DNA of 64,000 nt, from the IMG/VR virus record IMGVR_UViG_3300044842_000168, positions 1 to 64,000 of that record; one strand, written 5' to 3'. The position numbers and the translations under genes are program-made. The notes under the pieces are model-generated. The model was given only the letters and a program-made list of their open reading frames with translations, was not told the origin of the DNA and searched no databases. Shown here piece by piece: positions 7,799 through 17,048 of the stretch (positions are counted from its first letter, which is position 1; the number at the start of each line of letters is the position of its first letter). The stretch is from a virus (taxonomy: Duplodnaviria; Caudoviricetes).

Positions 7799-8137
7799 CT
7801 ACAGACGCGGCCCACGCCGCTGACTGGTCGGGGCCGGCGGCAGCTCGACGCCAGCCGCCGTCTCGCCCCGCAGGTCCCGGATCGCGCGCAGGGTGTCGAC
7901 CCGGGCGGAGAGCGTCTGCCACGCCTCCCGCGCATTCCCGCCAAGCTCGGGCCGGAACTCGGTGGTCTCGGGGCCGATCGCGCCGGGGATGTGCCTGGTG
8001 TGCCGGTAGGCTCGGTGGTAGGTCGAGTTGCCCACCTCCAGCTCCCAGCCGCGCGTGTCGAAGCCGACGCTGTCGGCCAGCTCGACGAAGGTGGCGAAGG
8101 CGCCTCGGACGTCGTTGACGGTGTAGCGCTCGGTCAC
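7799..8137 (-). CDS. hypothetical protein
   Basis: 112 aa, GTGA-coupled, GGAGGG RBS. Confidence 0.7.
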   Translation of the reverse strand: MTERYTVNDVRGAFATFVELADSVGFDTRGWELEVGNSTYHRAYRHTRHIPGAIGPETTEFRPELGGNAREAWQTLSARVDTLRAIRDLRGETAAGVELPPAPTSQRRGPRL

Positions 8138-8472
8138 GGTCCCTCCAATACGGTCATCCAGACAGCGGCCTCGCGGCCGGAGATCTTCTTGTGGTAGTGG
8201 CCGTTACGCCAGGGGCGACTGCCGGTCTTGGCCAGCATGACGTACGTACGCTGGTCGTTCCAGACTACCTGCAGGTAGTGCGACTCGTATCCCTTGGTAC
8301 GGTGGATGGTCGCGTACTGCCGGCCGTCCGGCGCCCACTCGACCTTCAGGCCGCGCTTCGCGGCGGAGGTAAGGATCTGTGCGGCGAGCTTGCTCAGCCC
8401 GCGCTCCCGGATCTGTTCGGCGCCCTGCGCGAGCCACGCGGCGGTCGGCGCGGGCGAGGCGTTCGAGGTCAT
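8134..8472 (-). CDS. hypothetical protein
   Basis: MTSNASPAPTAAWL...; ATGA coupling. Confidence 0.7.
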   Translation of the reverse strand: MTSNASPAPTAAWLAQGAEQIRERGLSKLAAQILTSAAKRGLKVEWAPDGRQYATIHRTKGYESHYLQVVWNDQRTYVMLAKTGSRPWRNGHYHKKISGREAAVWMTVLEGP

Positions 8473-8765
8473 CGGCCCATCCTCGCGACCCGCTCGGACG
8501 CGTCGGCTTCGGTCATCCACCGGCGGTGCTTCCACTGCGGACCGACCGAGCAGAGCAGCTCGATGTCGGCGGAGCGCTTCCCGGTGAGGCCGAGGATGAC
8601 GCGGATACGCGGCGTGTGGATCGAGGTCGGGTGCTTGATCAGCCACTCGGTGTACGAGGCGTTGGGCTCGACGACCAGGCCGGCCTCGACGGCGGCGTGC
8701 AAGACAGCAGCGGCCTTGGCGGACAGGACGCGGGTGGCGATCTCGGAGTGGATATCGGTTGCCAT
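8469..8765 (-). CDS. hypothetical protein (leaderless)
   Basis: MATDIHSEIA...; ATG 6 nt after TATGCT. Confidence 0.7.
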   Translation of the reverse strand: MATDIHSEIATRVLSAKAAAVLHAAVEAGLVVEPNASYTEWLIKHPTSIHTPRIRVILGLTGKRSADIELLCSVGPQWKHRRWMTEADASERVARMGR

Positions 8766-8771
8766 ACCAGG

Positions 8772-8802
8772 AGCATACGCCAGTAGACGCAATTCCGTCT
8801 AC
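8772..8802 (-). promoter_or_regulatory. TAGACG-type promoter/operator
   Basis: GTAGACG-caattc-CGTCTAC at 8783-8802; TAGACG-N18-TATGCT. Confidence 0.8.
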
Positions 8803-8823
8803 CCCGCCAACTACCCTCGGCGT

Positions 8824-9084
8824 ATGAGCAGGGCAGAGAGCGCAGCGCGACCGCACGGAGCGATGCCGCAGCACCTCCGGGACTACTGGACGCACGGGGC
8901 CGGCGCGGCCAAGATCGGGTGGGGCGGCGGTGGTGACTTCAACCGGTGCCTGCTGAACCTCGCGCCGTACGTGAAGACAGCCGCCCTGAAGGGTCTGTGC
9001 GAGAACCTGCACGAGATCGCGACAGGCATGAGCACGACGACGCACGCGAAGCTACTCGGCGGGCCGCATCGTCACGGTAAGTGA
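8824..9084 (+). CDS. phage head-module associated small protein
   Basis: LRDYWTHGAGAAKIGWG..GDFNRC..L..Y...GLCENLHEIATG motif typical of actinophage head-region proteins; leaderless after TACCCT. Confidence 0.7.
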   Translation: MSRAESAARPHGAMPQHLRDYWTHGAGAAKIGWGGGGDFNRCLLNLAPYVKTAALKGLCENLHEIATGMSTTTHAKLLGGPHRHGK

Positions 9085-9217
9085 GTTGACGCGGAGCCTC
9101 TCGGCCTCGTGGGTGAGGTCGTCCCGCACGATCGCATAGTGCCCATCCGAGATCTCGACCAGACCAAAGTGCTGACGGCCGGCCGGAGATGTCCAGGACA
9201 CCCTTGTCCCTCGGGTC

Positions 9218-10876
9218 ATGGCTACGACGCTAGTACACTTCGATCTTGTGGCGTATCTGGACGGAGAGACTGCCGAGACTTTCGATTGGCGTCGGTACCT
9301 GACCGAGCGGGTCACCGCGCTCGCTGGGACCGAGCGCGACGTGGCTTCGTTGCTGCTGGCGAAGGACTCGCTGTCTGCTGCCTTCCGCTCCACGCTGACC
9401 GCGAACGACCCGATGCTGTTCGCGCTGATCTACTTCCGGCACCACCTGGCCGGCAAGGAGACCGCTGACCGCATCACCTTCTCTGACTTCCACCTGGATC
9501 TGTGCCGGCAAAGGGAACGCTGGTGGAGGAAACTCGACACCCCACAGGCGATCCGGGATGCCTATGTGGCGCCGCGCGGTACCGGGAAGAGCACCTGGCT
9601 GTTCCTGATCCTGCCGATGTGGGCGGCGGCGCACGAGCACCGGAAGTTCGCTGCCGCGTTCGCTGACGCCGGTGCACAGGCTGAGCAGCACCTGGAGAAC
9701 TTCAAGAAGGAGCTGGAGGAGAACGACCTGTTGGGTTGCGACTTCCCGCGCCTGGTCAAGCCGCGAACGAAGGTCGGCAAGGAACAGGTCATCGCCAATA
9801 ACCGGCAGATCATCCAGTGTTCCAACGGATTCGTGTTCGCGGCGCGAGGCATCGAGGCCGCGTCGCTCGGTATGAAGGTGGGCAACCTCCGGCCGGATCT
9901 GCTGATCTTCGATGATGTGGAGCCGGGTGAGGAGACCTACTCGGAGTACCAGGCTCGGAAGCGGCTTCTGGCCATCACCGACAACGCCTTCCCGCTCAAC
10001 GTCAACGCCCAGGTCGTGATCGCCGGCACGACAACCATGGCCGGCTCCATCATCCACCAGATCATCCGCGTCGGTATGGAGGAGGACGACGAATCCACAC
10101 AGTGGGTGCTGGATGAGAACATCCGGGTGCACTACTATCCACCGATCCTGCCCAACGACGACGGTTCGGAGCGCTCGCTGTGGCCGGCGAAGTGGTCGCT
10201 GGAGTTCCTCAACTCCATCCGGCACACGCGCGGCTATGCGAAGAACTTCGCCAATATGCCGATCGCGGCGGACGGCACGTACTGGGGTGTGGATGACTTC
10301 CCGGTAGGCGTGCTGCGTACGCCTACCCGCTACCTGCTGTCGATCGACCCGGCCGTGACATCCAAGAAGAAGAGTGACTGGACCGCGCTCGCGGTTGTGG
10401 CGTACTCGCCAAGCGAGAAGCGGGCACAGATCGTGTTCACCCTCGCGGTCCGGGTGTCCAGCGAGCGGCTCAAGCCGATCGTGGTACAGATCTGCGAGGC
10501 GTTCCCGATCCGACTGATCCTGTGCGAGAGCAACCAAGGCGGTGACCTGTGGATCGCTGCACTGGACGGCATCCCTGGGGTGAGGCTCTCGCTGATCCAC
10601 CAGTCCGACCCCAAGGAGGTCCGAGCCGCGCGCTTCCTCGCTCACTGCCAGGCGGTCCCTGAGCCGCGTGTGCTGTTCGGGCCGGACCCGGTGCGAGATC
10701 ACCCCCAGCTTCGCGACCAGTGCCTGTCGTTCCCGCACGGTATCAACGATGACCTGGTGGACGCGGCTGGTACTGGCGCGGAGTACTTCCTCAAGTGGGC
10801 CACGGAGCTGGAGCGCGCGAAGGCGAGCCGATCCCGGCCCGTGCGCCGGCCCATTAACTACGTCGGCGCTAGCTGA
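9218..10876 (+). CDS. terL: terminase large subunit
   Basis: Walker A APRGTGKST, Walker B LLIFDDVE, nuclease motifs SIDPA and NDDLVDA. Confidence 0.93.
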   Translation: MATTLVHFDLVAYLDGETAETFDWRRYLTERVTALAGTERDVASLLLAKDSLSAAFRSTLTANDPMLFALIYFRHHLAGKETADRITFSDFHLDLCRQRERWWRKLDTPQAIRDAYVAPRGTGKSTWLFLILPMWAAAHEHRKFAAAFADAGAQAEQHLENFKKELEENDLLGCDFPRLVKPRTKVGKEQVIANNRQIIQCSNGFVFAARGIEAASLGMKVGNLRPDLLIFDDVEPGEETYSEYQARKRLLAITDNAFPLNVNAQVVIAGTTTMAGSIIHQIIRVGMEEDDESTQWVLDENIRVHYYPPILPNDDGSERSLWPAKWSLEFLNSIRHTRGYAKNFANMPIAADGTYWGVDDFPVGVLRTPTRYLLSIDPAVTSKKKSDWTALAVVAYSPSEKRAQIVFTLAVRVSSERLKPIVVQICEAFPIRLILCESNQGGDLWIAALDGIPGVRLSLIHQSDPKEVRAARFLAHCQAVPEPRVLFGPDPVRDHPQLRDQCLSFPHGINDDLVDAAGTGAEYFLKWATELERAKASRSRPVRRPINYVGAS

Positions 10877-10893
10877 CCGGTAGGATTTCCGCC

Positions 10894-12669
10894 ATGAGCG
10901 ACCTGGAGTTTGCGGTCCACGAGATCCGGGAGAACAACACCGAGTACACCACGGCCGAGGATTACTACTACGGCCGGGTGGGCGAGGTGTTCGCTTCGCC
11001 TGCCATCAGGAAGCGCATCTCCAAGTCAGCGCAAGGTTTCAAGGTCAACTTCGCCAAGAAGCCTGTGACCTCTCGGCTGTCGCGGCTGAAGATCGCCTCG
11101 GTGAGCGTCGCGCCGGCCGAGGACAACGAGGCCGCGACGGCAGCCGCGAAGGAGCTCACCGACATCCTCGTCAATGAGGTGTGGAAGGCGAACCAGATGG
11201 ATCTGGAGGCGCCGATCGCCCACCGTGGCGCGCTGGTGTGCGGGGACGCCTACCTGCTCGTGTGGCCGGGGGACGGCGACAACGGAGAGCCGCCGGTGGA
11301 GGTGTTCTTCGAGAGCGCCAAGACCATGCGGATCTTCTACAGCGAGGAGGATGAGCGCACGCCGGTGTTCGCGGCGAAGATGTGGACGGAAAGCGAGGAG
11401 TTCGCAGTCCACGACGACGACAAGAGCAACCAGCGCTGCCGCGTCAACCTGTACTACCCGGACCGGATTGAGATGTACATCTCCAATCCAGGTGTCGATC
11501 CGAACAAGGCAGAGAGCGATAGCGACTTCGCGCAGTGGATCGAAACGCACGCCGACGACGAGGCCGAGGAACAGGAGCCGATCGACAACCCTACCGTGAG
11601 TGAGGAGCTGGTCGGCGCGCAGATGGCTTGGTACGGCACATACCAGGGCACCACCTACTCTGGTCCAGGCTCGACAATGCCCGGCCCGGACGCCTCGACG
11701 GACCCGGACCTAACCTCCAACGTGCTGGATCAAGGCGGTACGGCGGTACAGGGCGATACATGGCCTGTCAAGAACCCGTTCGGCATCATCCCGGTGTTCC
11801 ACCTGCGGACGGACCGCCCGTACGGCCGGCCGGTGCACGCTGACGCCTACGGGCCACAGAACGCCATCACCAAGATCGCCGCGACGCAGATGAGCGCGAC
11901 GGAGCTGCACGGCTTCACCCAGCGGTACATGCTGATGGAGGGGATCACCGACGACCTCTCGGACACGCCGGACTGGGACGACAACGACGCGGAAGACGGG
12001 AACGACCCGGCCCCGGAAGGTGGTCTCGCCAACCGGATGGAGGGCGGCCCCGGCACGATCATCCCGCTGCACGGCGTGAAGAGCGTGGGGGAGTGGCCGG
12101 CCTCGCCGGTATCCAACTTCATCGATCCGCTGGAGTGGTGGATCAAGGCGATGTCGACGGTGACCGAGACTCCGCTGCAGTACATCGATCCGTCCGGCCA
12201 GCTGCCTTCCGGGGTGTCCCAGGCCGAGGCCAAGTCCCCGCTGATCGAGGACTGCCGTCAGCTCACGATGATGTTCACGCCGCCATGGGAAGAGGCGCTG
12301 GAGTTCGCGCTCCACATCCTCGGCCATGAGGACGCCAAGGTGCAGATCCGCTGGGCGCCAGTGAACTCGGTCCGTGACCTCGACGGTTGGCAGACCATCG
12401 AGGCACAGCAGGGAGCCGGCGTGCCGGTCCGCGAATCCCTGATCGAGGCCGGGTATGAGGCTGAGGTCGTGGACGGCTGGATGAAGACGCTGGAGCAGAG
12501 CAACTTCAAGGGCCGCGTGGAGATACTGCAGATGATCGCGACGGCCCTGCAGTCGCTCGGCGCGGCGGCGAGCCTCGGCGTCGTGGACGCGGCTGAGGTC
12601 AACAAGTTCGCAGCCCAGCTGCTCCAGGTGGACATCCCCGAGGCGCCAGAGGAGGGCAGCAGTGGCTGA
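10894..12669 (+). CDS. portal protein (SPP1 gp6-like)
   Basis: follows TerL; YY.GR, VNFAKK, ALVCGDAYLLVW, NPFGIIPVFH motifs; leaderless after TAGGAT. Confidence 0.9.
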   Translation: MSDLEFAVHEIRENNTEYTTAEDYYYGRVGEVFASPAIRKRISKSAQGFKVNFAKKPVTSRLSRLKIASVSVAPAEDNEAATAAAKELTDILVNEVWKANQMDLEAPIAHRGALVCGDAYLLVWPGDGDNGEPPVEVFFESAKTMRIFYSEEDERTPVFAAKMWTESEEFAVHDDDKSNQRCRVNLYYPDRIEMYISNPGVDPNKAESDSDFAQWIETHADDEAEEQEPIDNPTVSEELVGAQMAWYGTYQGTTYSGPGSTMPGPDASTDPDLTSNVLDQGGTAVQGDTWPVKNPFGIIPVFHLRTDRPYGRPVHADAYGPQNAITKIAATQMSATELHGFTQRYMLMEGITDDLSDTPDWDDNDAEDGNDPAPEGGLANRMEGGPGTIIPLHGVKSVGEWPASPVSNFIDPLEWWIKAMSTVTETPLQYIDPSGQLPSGVSQAEAKSPLIEDCRQLTMMFTPPWEEALEFALHILGHEDAKVQIRWAPVNSVRDLDGWQTIEAQQGAGVPVRESLIEAGYEAEVVDGWMKTLEQSNFKGRVEILQMIATALQSLGAAASLGVVDAAEVNKFAAQLLQVDIPEAPEEGSSG

Positions 12670-13531
12670 GCGCGTCTATCACTGGAAGCATGGCTGGATA
12701 CCGCTCACTCCTGAGGCAGCCGTCATCAAGGCGCACGGCTCTAAGGTCGGGGCACAGAAGCTTCTGGTTGACAAGGAGGTCGCAGCCGTCGCAGCCGGCG
12801 AGAAGACGGTTGAGGAGGGCAAACGATCACTAGGCACCTTGGTGTGGAAGCCGAGTAAGCCTGGCAGGTTTGATGTACACGACCCAGAGAGCGGGAAGAA
12901 GCTCGGTACCGTCGTAAAGACGAAGCCCAACCAGTACTACGTGTTTGACTTGCAAGACAGGCGGATCTCTGAGGCGGTAGACCGCGAAGAGGCCAATCTG
13001 TATCTGCGTCCCGGTGCAGATTCGCGCGGCCGGCTTCGGGGACAAGCAGCTCTGGAGGCTACGGGGATAGGGAACAGTGCCGCCCTCGCGGAGTATCGCA
13101 AGAGCGGATACCGAACCGTCAACAAGGGACTTCGGAAGTACAAGGGTGATGCGTCGAAGATCCGCGACCCCCATACCAGGCAGCTAGTAGAGGATCTGCG
13201 GAAGGACTTCGCTGACGCCCATCCCGTCTCGGCCGATATCGCTGTGTTTCGGGGGATCAAGTATGCCGGGCTCCCCAAGGAATCCATGAAGGGTATGGAG
13301 TTCGTAGATCACGGCTTCGTCTCGACCTCGCCCAGCGCCGGACAGAGCCAGATGTGGGGACGGATGGCGGTCATGCGGATCACCGTCCCGAAGGGCACCA
13401 AGGCTGTCGCCATGGGGCACAAGATCTCTGATCCTGAGACCGAGATCCTTTTGGGTGATGGCACCAAGTTCCGCATACTCAGCGATGAGATCCTGGACGG
13501 CAAACGCACCATTGAAGCTGAGGTGATCTAG
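12662..13531 (+). CDS. VIP2/C3-type ADP-ribosyltransferase with N-terminal HWxHGWIP module
   Basis: R-S-E triad context: AVFRG, GFVSTS, ETEILL; EY..SGY..VNKGLR helix. Confidence 0.88.
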   Translation: MAERVYHWKHGWIPLTPEAAVIKAHGSKVGAQKLLVDKEVAAVAAGEKTVEEGKRSLGTLVWKPSKPGRFDVHDPESGKKLGTVVKTKPNQYYVFDLQDRRISEAVDREEANLYLRPGADSRGRLRGQAALEATGIGNSAALAEYRKSGYRTVNKGLRKYKGDASKIRDPHTRQLVEDLRKDFADAHPVSADIAVFRGIKYAGLPKESMKGMEFVDHGFVSTSPSAGQSQMWGRMAVMRITVPKGTKAVAMGHKISDPETEILLGDGTKFRILSDEILDGKRTIEAEVI

Positions 13532-13588
13532 ATGGATGACCGATTCACTTGGAGTATTGGTGACATCGATATCACCAAGCGACCCTGA
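13532..13588 (+). CDS. 18-aa micro-ORF coupled between ART and MuF
   Basis: MDDRFTWSIGDIDITKRP; ATG directly after the ART stop, TGA overlaps the MuF ATG. Confidence 0.5.
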   Translation: MDDRFTWSIGDIDITKRP

Positions 13589-14472
13589 TGACAACGCCGG
13601 TTGACGTCCAGGCGGCCCAGGCACAGGCGAATGCTGATGTGCGGTCCGCTGCGCTCCGTGCGCTGGAGGCGAGTGTGCTGGCCGGGTTGTTGGCCGGTGT
13701 ATCCATCGCGATGATCCGGCGACAGCTGTTGGCAGCAGCGGTGATCGGGACGTTCACGCTCGGGCTCGCCCGGCCGCTGATCGGGCGAGCCTTCTCGGGC
13801 GTGGACCTCAGCGCGTTGACGGCCGGCGGCGCCTCAGCGGTAGCGCTCGGCTCCAGCTTCGGCGGCTTCGCCTCGACGACTCCACCTGATCCGCCGGACA
13901 TCGTAGCGATCCTGCGCGACGCGACGGCCCGCGCCCAGGCCGCGCTCGCCGTGGGCAGGAACCCACAGGAAAGCACCCTGACAGCCACAGGGAGCCTCGA
14001 ACGCGGCCTGTCGGTGGTACGGGCCTCGGTGAACGGCTACGTGGAGCGCGCAGCCGCTAAGCCGGCGATCGACGACCCCTCGCCGGTGATCTGGGTCGCA
14101 GAGCGGGACGCCTGTGTGGTGTGCCTGGCGTACGCCGGCCAGATCTCAACGGACGGTCGGTGGCCCGGCGGTCGGAGCTTCGATCCGAAGCGAACAGTGC
14201 ACAAGGGGAAGCCGTTCGAAGGGCCGCCGGCCCACCCGCACTGCCGCTGTGATGTGCAAAAGGTCGCCTCGGTGGAAGCCGGGCGGTTCCTGGCGCGAGC
14301 GCTGGAGCGCGAGGCGCAGCGATCGATCGCGAAGGGCTGGGCGCTGCCCAGCGAGGCCGACAGCGCGTCACGGCGTCGCGCCTTGGCCCGGCTGTTGAGC
14401 GGGCCGAACCTCCTGCCCAAGAGCGTGGTGGAGGAAGCACGACGAAACATGCCAACTAAGCTCGCTGCTTAA
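13588..14472 (+). CDS. MuF-like (SPP1 gp7) minor head protein
   Basis: WVAERDACVVC and PPAHPHCRC motifs; position between portal and scaffold. Confidence 0.85.
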   Translation: MTTPVDVQAAQAQANADVRSAALRALEASVLAGLLAGVSIAMIRRQLLAAAVIGTFTLGLARPLIGRAFSGVDLSALTAGGASAVALGSSFGGFASTTPPDPPDIVAILRDATARAQAALAVGRNPQESTLTATGSLERGLSVVRASVNGYVERAAAKPAIDDPSPVIWVAERDACVVCLAYAGQISTDGRWPGGRSFDPKRTVHKGKPFEGPPAHPHCRCDVQKVASVEAGRFLARALEREAQRSIAKGWALPSEADSASRRRALARLLSGPNLLPKSVVEEARRNMPTKLAA

Positions 14473-14496
14473 CAGACATCTGAGGAGGTGGGCGGT

Positions 14497-15378
14497 ATGC
14501 CCATTCAGGACAACGACAACCCCGGTGACGACAACGACGACGTGGTGGACCCCGCGCTGGAAGACGACGACGAGGCCGACGACGACAACGATCTCGACGT
14601 GGACTTCGACGAGTCCGACGAGGACGAGTCGGAGGGGGACGAGGAGGACGACGGCACCGGCCCACGCAAGGCGGCCGGCCGGAAGAACTCCGGCGGCACC
14701 GGTCGGGACGAGGAGAAGTCGCCGGAGCAGCTCAAGAAGGAGCTGGACGCCACCCGGGCCAAGCTCGCCAAGTCGCGCCGGGAGCAGACGCGGTGGAAGA
14801 ACCGCGCCCAGGCGAAGGACACCAAGGCCACGGACGGCCGGGAGCCCACGGCCGGCGACAAGCGCGCCGTCAAGGCGGTCGTGGCCAAGGGCGGTACGGA
14901 CGCCGAGGCGCGGGAGAAGGGTGCCGAGCGCGGCCTGACCCGTGAGGACGTCGCGGAGATGATCGCCGAGGCGCGGGAGACCGAGGCGCGCAAGGCGGCG
15001 GAGAAGTACAAGCCCGTGGCGATCCGTTCCGAGGCCAAGGACCTGCTGACCGACGCCGGCTACAAGTTCGGCAGCGCCGAGGACCGTGACCGCCGGCTGG
15101 ACCGCGCGCTCAAGCTGATCGACATGGATCAGGTCGAGGTGGACGACGACGGCACCGTGCTCGGCCTGGAAGACGAGATCGACAAGCTGCGGGACGACTG
15201 GCCGGAGCTGTTCGCGGACGAAACCGAGGAGGAGCCGGAGCCGGTGAAGCCGGCCGCGCGGCGCCGCGTCGCGCCGCGCATCAACGGTCGGGCCGGCCGC
15301 GCGGCGCGCGCCTCAACCCGTGAGTTGAGCGCGAGCGAGGGACAGCTGGCCTACCTCCGGGGGCACGGACAGCGGTAG
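14497..15378 (+). CDS. capsid scaffolding protein
   Basis: acidic N-terminus, coiled coil, directly upstream of the capsid gene; GAGGAGG RBS. Confidence 0.8.
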   Translation: MPIQDNDNPGDDNDDVVDPALEDDDEADDDNDLDVDFDESDEDESEGDEEDDGTGPRKAAGRKNSGGTGRDEEKSPEQLKKELDATRAKLAKSRREQTRWKNRAQAKDTKATDGREPTAGDKRAVKAVVAKGGTDAEAREKGAERGLTREDVAEMIAEARETEARKAAEKYKPVAIRSEAKDLLTDAGYKFGSAEDRDRRLDRALKLIDMDQVEVDDDGTVLGLEDEIDKLRDDWPELFADETEEEPEPVKPAARRRVAPRINGRAGRAARASTRELSASEGQLAYLRGHGQR

Positions 15379-15397
15379 CTACAACACGAGCGCGCCT

Positions 15398-15433
15398 GAG
15401 CCGAGCGGGAAGAGTGGCGTTCCCGCTCGGCTC
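15398..15433 (+). terminator. hairpin between scaffold and capsid genes
   Basis: 14-bp arms GAGCCGAGCGGGAA / TTCCCGCTCGGCTC. Confidence 0.55.
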
Positions 15434-15545
15434 GCCAGTAAGTATCTGAACTCCAGTAGTACTATCCCGCAAGAGTGCTACCCACGAGACTCCCGGTAGG
15501 GAGTTGGGGCCGAAAGATGACTCCAACAACCGAAAGGAGCTGGGC

Positions 15546-16499
15546 ATGACCGCCCAGGATTTCTCCAGCTGGATCGCTGAGGAGAAGGGCTCCGACGTTC
15601 TCCAGCAGATCATGTTCACCTCCGTCATGGAGCGGATCGGCGCGCACGTGCCCATGCGTACCAACAAGTTCGACGTCCCGCGTGACGGCGGCGTGTCGGT
15701 GGGCGTCGTGGCCAAGTCCGCCTCGTACTCCGAGAGCACCGCCAACAACGACGACATCGTGCTGACGGCCACCAAGTTCGGCTCGGCGGTCCGGATCGCC
15801 GAGGAGGACATCGAAGACACCTCGATCGACATCCTCACCATCAAGAAGAAGGCGTGGGCGCGCCAGTACGCCAAGATGTTCGACAACGCCTGCCTCGGTA
15901 CCACGGCGGCGGTCGGCGCGGGCGTACCGTTCACCTCGCTGTACCTGGCGCTGAAGTCGGCCGACAGCAACGCCGGCTACTCCGCCAACGCCAACTACAC
16001 CTCGGCGGCGCCGTCCGCGTTCGGCTACACCAACCTGTCCAACGTGATGGGCCTGGTGGAGTCCGGCAACTTCTTCGACGACGGCCAGATGTGCTGGATC
16101 GCGCACCCGGCCTTCAAGGCGTACGTCCGGAACATCACCGGCCTCACCTACAACGGTGCGGCCTCGGGTACGACCTCGAACGGCATGCCGGTGTTCGTGG
16201 ACGGCCGGGAGGGCGACGGCCTGCCGCCGACCATCCTGGGCTACCCGGTGTACTGGACCCAGGGGGCCAAGACCTCGGCCACCGCGCTGAGCAACCCGGG
16301 CGGGAACAGCCTGCTGTTCTTCGTCAACAAGGACTACCTCATCGTGGGCGACCGGACCCCGGTGGAGTCGATGGTGGCCGGCGCGGACTCGGGGCCGGCG
16401 TTCCTGACGGACGAGGCGCTGCTCAAGGTCCGCACCCGCAAGGGCTACGGCACCGGCTTCCCGCAGGCCGCGTCCGTCCTGGAGCTGATCGGCGGCTAA
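15546..16499 (+). CDS. major capsid protein (HK97 fold)
   Basis: 317 aa; VRIAEEDIED, P.TILGYPV, VRTRKG motifs; AAAGGAG RBS; highly biased codons. Confidence 0.9.
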   Translation: MTAQDFSSWIAEEKGSDVLQQIMFTSVMERIGAHVPMRTNKFDVPRDGGVSVGVVAKSASYSESTANNDDIVLTATKFGSAVRIAEEDIEDTSIDILTIKKKAWARQYAKMFDNACLGTTAAVGAGVPFTSLYLALKSADSNAGYSANANYTSAAPSAFGYTNLSNVMGLVESGNFFDDGQMCWIAHPAFKAYVRNITGLTYNGAASGTTSNGMPVFVDGREGDGLPPTILGYPVYWTQGAKTSATALSNPGGNSLLFFVNKDYLIVGDRTPVESMVAGADSGPAFLTDEALLKVRTRKGYGTGFPQAASVLELIGG

Positions 16500-16519
16500 G
16501 GGTAACCTCGGCTCGTAGG

Positions 16520-16549
16520 CGGCCGGGCCAGCGATCGCTGGCCCGGCCG
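16520..16549 (+). terminator. perfect 30-bp palindrome after the capsid gene
   Basis: CGGCCGGGCCAGCGA-TCGCTGGCCCGGCCG. Confidence 0.6.
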
Positions 16550-16571
16550 TTCGTCTAGGAGGGGAAGAAGC

Positions 16572-17042
16572 ATGGCAGCGAAGGCGAAGTCCACCACCAC
16601 CAAGAAGCGCGTCAGCACCAACTCGGCGGAGTTCGAGCGGGACGTCGAGGCGCGGCACGGCGACAAGTCGGCCTACAAGCCGGGTCGGTACACCCGGGTG
16701 TTCGAGGTCGTGGAGAACGGTATCCCGCTCGTGGACCACGACCACCAGGCCAACAAGGCGTTCCTCGTGGAGGAGGCGCGTAACAAGGGCGTCCGGGTCA
16801 CCGCCATCGACGACGTGACGCTGGACGAGGACGAGTACCTGGACAATGGCAAGCGGCGCCTGGTGTACTCCGGCCCGGTCGCCGAGGTCATGCCGGTGGA
16901 GCAGCGCTCGGCCGAGGAGGACAAGGAGACCGATCCGCTGGACCCGATGATGATGGTCTCGCACGACGCCAACCCGAAGCCGGGCGAGGGCCAGATGGGC
17001 CAGGAGCTGGACCCGGCGGCCGTCGCGAAGAAGAAGGCCTGA
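16572..17042 (+). CDS. hypothetical virion-associated protein
   Basis: 156 aa, GGAGGGG RBS, follows the capsid gene. Confidence 0.75.
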   Translation: MAAKAKSTTTKKRVSTNSAEFERDVEARHGDKSAYKPGRYTRVFEVVENGIPLVDHDHQANKAFLVEEARNKGVRVTAIDDVTLDEDEYLDNGKRRLVYSGPVAEVMPVEQRSAEEDKETDPLDPMMMVSHDANPKPGEGQMGQELDPAAVAKKKA

Positions 17043-17048
17043 CACGAC

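Noticed and set aside
8824-9217. Terminase small subunit
   Set aside because: Neither 8824..9084 nor the short frames before TerL show an HTH/TerS pattern I can recognise; left unassigned.
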